The position numbers and the translations under genes are program-made. A DNA stretch of 63,685 nt, the filler included, from Candidatus Zhuqueibacterota bacterium (GTDB lineage Bacteria > BS750m-G25), in assembly GCA_016783505.1 (NCBI GenBank). It is 6 parts of 4 records of this genome, joined end to end, with 100 filler letters (N's around TTAATTAATTAA, not from the genome) between each part and the next. Parts side by side here need not be neighbours in the genome. Positions count along the whole stretch, not along the records: positions 53,779 to 63,685 come from JADHWK010000069.1; 5 more parts are not named here. One strand, written 5' to 3'. Shown one piece after another: positions 58,509-63,685 of this stretch. Below the pieces are notes generated by a model. The model was not told the origin of the DNA. It worked only from the letters and a program-made list of their open reading frames with translations, and made no database searches. The first letter of the stretch is position 1. Each line of letters starts with the position of its first letter.

Positions 58509-59111
58509 ATGCGCACCTTCAATAAATTCTTTGTTGCGATTAGTAGTTGCTTCCTGATCTATCATCTTAGCGGGTTGGTTTACGCTCAGGAGACGGATAC
58601 TACAGATTTATATCTGAATATACACAAAAAGTGGGGATCAAGAATTAATGAGGTGAAGGAAATTTTAAAAGATGAGATCATTGAAGAAGGACAGATCACC
58701 AGCTTGATCGAATACGGTAAAATTGCCATAGACCCTGACCATCGGATTTACCAGATAAAGGCAAAGAGAACTGATGATCCTTTCAATACCATTCTCTACC
58801 AATATACCTTTCTGGACGACCAATTGTTCAAACTGGAGATTTACCCAAAGACCAAAAGACTGCCTTATGATAGGCTGCTTAGGGCGGTTTTTCAGGAATT
58901 TGGACCCTATGAGGAAAAATGGGTATGGCAGCCCCGTTCCAAAAATACCGGGGTGAAAACGTTGACATGGGAGAAAGAATACACGAAAATTACCTTCAAA
59001 TGCTATTTTGCTGACTTATGGGGAAAGGGTAAATATCGCTACAGTGATTTTAGTATAACCTATGTAAATAAGACTATTGAGGAATTTATTAAGGATTTCA
59101 ATAGAAATTGA
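58509..59111 (+). CDS. Hypothetical exported protein
   Basis: GGAG RBS and signal peptide MRTFNKFF...VYAQ. Confidence 0.7.
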   Translation: MRTFNKFFVAISSCFLIYHLSGLVYAQETDTTDLYLNIHKKWGSRINEVKEILKDEIIEEGQITSLIEYGKIAIDPDHRIYQIKAKRTDDPFNTILYQYTFLDDQLFKLEIYPKTKRLPYDRLLRAVFQEFGPYEEKWVWQPRSKNTGVKTLTWEKEYTKITFKCYFADLWGKGKYRYSDFSITYVNKTIEEFIKDFNRN

Positions 59112-59135
59112 TCCATTAAATGAAAGTGATTTAAG

Positions 59136-60674
59136 TTGCAAGATCAGTTGGGGACAGGTCATCTGCAGGAAGAACCGATCCATTTAGCCCAGAAGACAAC
59201 CTTTGTGGGAATCGGGAGACTGGCCAATTCCTTAGCCAGACTGGCGGTTAACATCATCCTCGCCCGGGCGCTGTTGTCCAAGGAATTATTCGGTCAGTAT
59301 CAGCAAGTGTGGCTTTATTTTAATACCTTCTTTCCCATCTTCATCTTCGGCATCCCGGCCACCGTCTATTACTTTTTCCCGAGGCTGAAGGAGGAGGAAA
59401 AGAGCCCTTTTGTCAATCAGACAATCTTTATTTTATTTGTATTTGGCCTGATCTTTGGGTTGGGTCTTAAGGGGTTTTCACCTTTAGTAGCTGAAAGATT
59501 TCAGAACCCAGATCTGGTTTGCTATTACCGGAGCTTTGCGGTTTACGCCTTTGCTATGGTGGCGGGGGCGTTTTTCGATTCGGTGTTCATCGTTCTCAAT
59601 AAGCACCGCATTTATTCGGTTATTGTCGTGGTAGAAGCCCTGTTCTTTCTGGGATTGGTTACTATCCCCTTATGGCTGGGCGCGCCCTTAGACCTGGTCT
59701 TTCTGCTGGTGACCCTGCTGGCCCTGACCAAGCTGGCCTTTGTCTTAAGCCATCTGCATTTTTCTCCAAATGGTATTAAGATTAAAATTAAACTTCCCCA
59801 ATGGAATTTCCTTAAAAGGCAACTTCGATATGCTTATCCTATTGGACTGAGCACGGCGGTGGCCATCGTCTCGCTCTACATAGACAAAAACGTGGTGGCC
59901 GCCTTTTTTGATACGGCTACCTATGCCGTCTATTCCATCGGGGCCATGGAAATTCCCTTTGTGGGGGTTATCTTAGCCTCCATCACCGCTGTTTTGATGC
60001 CCGAGGTGAGCCGATTGCATCATACCGGTGCAGTGGCGAGGGTGGCGGCGCTCTGGAAGGGGGTCATTTCAAGGACCTCGCTTTTGATTTTCCCCCTGTT
60101 TTTCTTCTTATTTGTCTTTGCCGATCGGATCATTGTCCTGGTATTTTCGGAAAGATATGCAGCGGCGGCGTTGCCCTTTCGGATCTATCTTTTTTTGCTG
60201 CCCCTGCGGATAACGACCTATGGGAATATCCTGGTGGCCCTGGGAAAACCCCAGGTTGTCTTTCGGACCTGTCTTTTAAGTATGATATTGAACCTCATTC
60301 TGAGCATTTTCCTGGTTAAAACCCTGCTCGATTCAGGCTATGAAAAAGCCTATGTAGGGGCAGCGATTTCAACAGTGGTGGTGACTTTTATTCAAATCTC
60401 TATTTATCTTACGGTTATTACCCGGACGATAAAGGTTGGTCTCAAGGGGGTATTTCCGTTTTTAGAAATGGGAAAAATCGCCGCTGTTTCATTACTAAGC
60501 GTGTTAATCTGTACGGTTGCCCTATTGGTTTTTTCCAATAACCTAACAATTTTGATCGCTGCCTTTCTCCTTTTCAGTGGGACATTCCTTTTTAGCATAG
60601 ACAGGTTTAGAATCAGCGGTTTTGTGCTCAAAGACTGGAGAAAATTTCTGGGATTTGGGGAAAGAAAGGTGTAG
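59136..60674 (+). CDS. Polysaccharide flippase (Wzx/MOP family)
   Basis: ILARAL....FGQY, YAYPIG, DK.VV, YAVYS and LMPEVS; many TM segments. Confidence 0.88.
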   Translation: MQDQLGTGHLQEEPIHLAQKTTFVGIGRLANSLARLAVNIILARALLSKELFGQYQQVWLYFNTFFPIFIFGIPATVYYFFPRLKEEEKSPFVNQTIFILFVFGLIFGLGLKGFSPLVAERFQNPDLVCYYRSFAVYAFAMVAGAFFDSVFIVLNKHRIYSVIVVVEALFFLGLVTIPLWLGAPLDLVFLLVTLLALTKLAFVLSHLHFSPNGIKIKIKLPQWNFLKRQLRYAYPIGLSTAVAIVSLYIDKNVVAAFFDTATYAVYSIGAMEIPFVGVILASITAVLMPEVSRLHHTGAVARVAALWKGVISRTSLLIFPLFFFLFVFADRIIVLVFSERYAAAALPFRIYLFLLPLRITTYGNILVALGKPQVVFRTCLLSMILNLILSIFLVKTLLDSGYEKAYVGAAISTVVVTFIQISIYLTVITRTIKVGLKGVFPFLEMGKIAAVSLLSVLICTVALLVFSNNLTILIAAFLLFSGTFLFSIDRFRISGFVLKDWRKFLGFGERKV

Positions 60675-60678
60675 ACAA

Positions 60679-63600
60679 ATGAGAACTTATCTTGTAAATG
60701 GTATCCTTCTTTTGGCATTTATTCTTGTCCAGGGTTCCTTAATATCGGTCCGGGCGGGAGTGTCATCCGAACATACGATTTTATTTGAAAGAAATGACAT
60801 TCGAACGGATAAAAGGGGAGAGTATGATGTAATCTATCTGGGGAACTGTGATATTTCCCGGGATGAAGGGAAACCTCAACTTCCCGTATACTATTTCTCG
60901 ATAGAAATTCCTTTAAATCAAATTATCGAGGGGGTTGAGGTAGTATTAACCACAAGCGAGAATCTACCGAACAATTTTTACGTGTTTCCAGCCCAACCAT
61001 CCTCCATCTTAATGAAAGAGGGGGAACAGATTACCTTCACCCCGCCCGATGAAGTTGTTTATAATTCCAGCGACCTGTTTCCCCCACGGATTATTGAGGC
61101 GGGGAAGCCCGGTTTTAAGCGGGGAACCAAACTTGCCAGCTTGAAGATATATCCGCTGCAGTATCGGCCCGCTGATGGGACGATGATTTTTCATTCAGAG
61201 ATAAAATTCCGGATTCATTATTCTTTGCTTGAAGTGAGCGAACAAGGAATCAGATCGCTGATGGATACAGAAGACGCTCCTCAAAAGCAGTATGTAATTA
61301 TAACTGATGAGTCCTTAGTTAACGCTTTCCAGCCCCTGGGTGACTGGAAGAGGAAAAAGGGGGTTCCTGATACGATAGTTACCACATTATGGATTTATAG
61401 TCAGTACCCTGGCACCGATGACCAGGAGAGGATAAGAAATTTTATTGTAGATGCCTATCAAAATTGGGGAACGGTTTGGGTTCTTTTAGGTGGGGATACC
61501 GATGTGATACCGGCACGGGTAGCTTTTGCGATGGACTGTGAGGCCGGTTTTCATGATGATGAGAACGAATTACAAGCTGATCTTTACTATGCCGCCTTGG
61601 ACGGGAACTGGGATGAAAATCAAAACCAAATCTATGGTGAGGTTGCCGATAGCGTTGATCTGTATCCAGAGGTATTTGTGGGACGGGCCCCGGTCAGCAC
61701 CCAGGCTCAGGCCCAGGTTTTTGTGGATAAGATATTGACGTATGAGAAGAATCCGGACCTGAGCTATCTTGATCAAGCGCTGTTTTTTGCCGAAATTCTG
61801 TGGTTTGACCCATACACGAACGAGGGGATTGCCAAGGATATGATTGATGAGCAATTTCTGCTGCCCCAGTTTGATCCGGTCACCAAGCTTTACGAGGCCA
61901 ACGGAAACGAATCCCCGGCTTTGGTTATCGCCGCCATAGAGTCTGGTCAGAATATTATTAATCATGCCGGACACGGTGGAACAGCCGCCATGGGAGCCGG
62001 CGCCGGAACCCTGCGCAATGCGGATATAGATAGCCTTAACCATCCAGATAAATACGGCGTTCTCTTTTCTATCGGGTGCTGGACGACGGCCTTCGATTAT
62101 GACTGCATTGCCGAACATTGGGTGCAAAATCCGGCTGGCGGGGGGGTGGCCTTCATCGGGAACTCCCGATACGGATGGGGCTCGCCGGGAAATCCAGGAT
62201 ACGGTATCTCCGACCTGTTCGACCGACGGTTCTATCAGTCTATTTTTGAGGATGAAATTTACAATATCGGGGCGGCCCTGGCGGGGGCAAAAGCCCATTT
62301 CATTCCCGTCTCCCAGGGGGAAAATGTCTATCGGTGGCATCAATATCAGCTTACCCTGCTGGGCGACCCGCAGATGCCCCTGTGGACGGATGTTCCCCAT
62401 AACCTGACCGTATCTTTTCCCCACCAGATTCCCGTTGGGCAAAACAACTTTACGGTTACGGTTACCGATAGTTCAGACCGGTCTATTGAGGGGGCCAGGG
62501 TCTGCCTGTTTAAGGAAAATGGGGTTTATAAATTTGGGTTCACCGACATCAGCGGACAAATAACCTTTGATATTGCTCCTATTTCCCCCGGGGATATGGA
62601 TGTTACGGTGACAGCTCATAATTTCTTGACGTTTGAGGAAGCGGCATCTGTCTTCGCCGAGGGGCCTTATGTGGGGGTCTCGGACGTCCAATTTGAGGAT
62701 GCCAATAGCGATGGAACCTTAAATCCCGGGGAAAGAATAGAGATGTCGCTGACCTTGAAGAATTTCGGCAATCAGACCGCCCAGGAGGTTGCGGTGGATT
62801 TTTCTACCTCCTGTCCCTTTATTACCATTCTCAACTGGAATGGGGATTTCGATGATATTGTCCCAGGCGATTCGGTCACCGTGGACAGTGCAGTGGTTTT
62901 TGATCTCTCCGGGGACTGCATGAACGGAAAGGTGGGTTATCTCGACTTGCTGGTAAGCGATGCCGAAAACCATAACTGGCCGCATACCATTGGGATAACG
63001 GTGGCCACACCGATTTTGGGATTTGGGAATTATACCATAGATGATGGGGATAGTCTACCTGAGCCCGGCGAAGAGGTGGCAATGATAGTTATCTTAGAAA
63101 ATAAGGGCTTAGCCTATGCTGCAAATACCAGTGCCATCCTGACAACCCTGGATGAATACCTGACCGTTACCGTGGATAGCGCAGGGTATGGGAATATTAT
63201 TCCCGATTCATCGGGCACCTCTTCAACTGCTTACCAGCTTTCTATCGCCGAAAATTGTCCTGATACCCACTTTGCCTTCTTAAATCTAAATTTGTTTACC
63301 GGGAACTATACGTTTTCTGATACGTTCATCTTTGCAGTAGGCGAGGCCGGTTTCTTCGATGATATGGAAAGCGGGGAAGGGGGATGGACCCATTCCGGGG
63401 ATGACGATTTATGGGGAATCTCATCAAATAGATCCCATTCCGGTAGCTATAGTTGGTACTGCGGTGAGGAAGCTGACTCCCAATACCATAATGATATGGA
63501 GGCCTCACTGGTCTCCCAGGAGATTATCTTACCCCCGGCTTCTTATCTGAGCTTCTGGCATTGGTATGAAGTGACCATCTATGGGGTGGATGGTTTTTAT

Positions 63601-63685
63601 GTGGAGATCACGGATGATGGGGGTGAAAATTGGACCACCTATGATTTTATCGGCAGTGGAGGGGCTTTGGTTAATCCCCTGCTTC
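60679..63685 (+). CDS. C25 (gingipain-like) cysteine peptidase, running off the window; absent from the ORF track
   Basis: My translation gives a signal peptide, propeptide GKPQLP, YVIIT, WKRKKG, VLLGGD, DLYY, VGRAP, catalytic HAGHG and SIGC, GGVAFIGNSRYG and LLGDP, then Ig-like domains. Confidence 0.92.
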   Translation, partial: MRTYLVNGILLLAFILVQGSLISVRAGVSSEHTILFERNDIRTDKRGEYDVIYLGNCDISRDEGKPQLPVYYFSIEIPLNQIIEGVEVVLTTSENLPNNFYVFPAQPSSILMKEGEQITFTPPDEVVYNSSDLFPPRIIEAGKPGFKRGTKLASLKIYPLQYRPADGTMIFHSEIKFRIHYSLLEVSEQGIRSLMDTEDAPQKQYVIITDESLVNAFQPLGDWKRKKGVPDTIVTTLWIYSQYPGTDDQERIRNFIVDAYQNWGTVWVLLGGDTDVIPARVAFAMDCEAGFHDDENELQADLYYAALDGNWDENQNQIYGEVADSVDLYPEVFVGRAPVSTQAQAQVFVDKILTYEKNPDLSYLDQALFFAEILWFDPYTNEGIAKDMIDEQFLLPQFDPVTKLYEANGNESPALVIAAIESGQNIINHAGHGGTAAMGAGAGTLRNADIDSLNHPDKYGVLFSIGCWTTAFDYDCIAEHWVQNPAGGGVAFIGNSRYGWGSPGNPGYGISDLFDRRFYQSIFEDEIYNIGAALAGAKAHFIPVSQGENVYRWHQYQLTLLGDPQMPLWTDVPHNLTVSFPHQIPVGQNNFTVTVTDSSDRSIEGARVCLFKENGVYKFGFTDISGQITFDIAPISPGDMDVTVTAHNFLTFEEAASVFAEGPYVGVSDVQFEDANSDGTLNPGERIEMSLTLKNFGNQTAQEVAVDFSTSCPFITILNWNGDFDDIVPGDSVTVDSAVVFDLSGDCMNGKVGYLDLLVSDAENHNWPHTIGITVATPILGFGNYTIDDGDSLPEPGEEVAMIVILENKGLAYAANTSAILTTLDEYLTVTVDSAGYGNIIPDSSGTSSTAYQLSIAENCPDTHFAFLNLNLFTGNYTFSDTFIFAVGEAGFFDDMESGEGGWTHSGDDDLWGISSNRSHSGSYSWYCGEEADSQYHNDMEASLVSQEIILPPASYLSFWHWYEVTIYGVDGFYVEITDDGGENWTTYDFIGSGGALVNPLL

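Overview
The window is not one continuous locus. It consists of six contig pieces joined by artificial 100-nt N/TTAATTAATTAA/N linkers (1764-1863, 22035-22134, 33204-33303, 46836-46935, 53679-53778), so gene order across linkers has no biological meaning. The genes point to a diderm, probably anaerobic, FCB-related bacterium; this is inferred from several secreted proteins with QNYPNPFN T9SS/FlgD-type tails, a PorV-like gene, a C25 peptidase and a 2-oxoacid:ferredoxin oxidoreductase. Core genes are a polyprenyl synthase, PTS IIC, porA/porB-type subunits, acyl-CoA dehydrogenase, glnA, a K+ channel, valS, recG, an OPT transporter, yraN, an acyl-CoA carboxyltransferase and a flippase. Accessory genes are an Opp-type ABC importer with two GH130 enzymes, a DUF6454/GlpT-like/secreted-protein operon, an AT-rich island (ABC importer, two radical SAM enzymes, GHKL ATPase, IS3 fragment), several toxin-antitoxin modules, and a RAYT locus. 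The most interesting structure is at 47973-52827. It is an array of covarying GATY-tagged REP hairpins forming three B...A units: one empty, one holding the RAYT gene, and one holding a 3.9-kb Type IIG restriction-modification plus HEPN cargo. This suggests a RAYT/REP gene-cassette system. Other notable signals are a tandem duplication in which the same flanks hold two different TA pairs, degenerate attC-like sites, a dispersed TCCCGA-N4-TCGGGA micro-palindrome family, and an in-frame heptamer-repeat insertion in valS. No CRISPR array, rRNA or intact tRNA was found. All family assignments come from motif recognition, not database searches.
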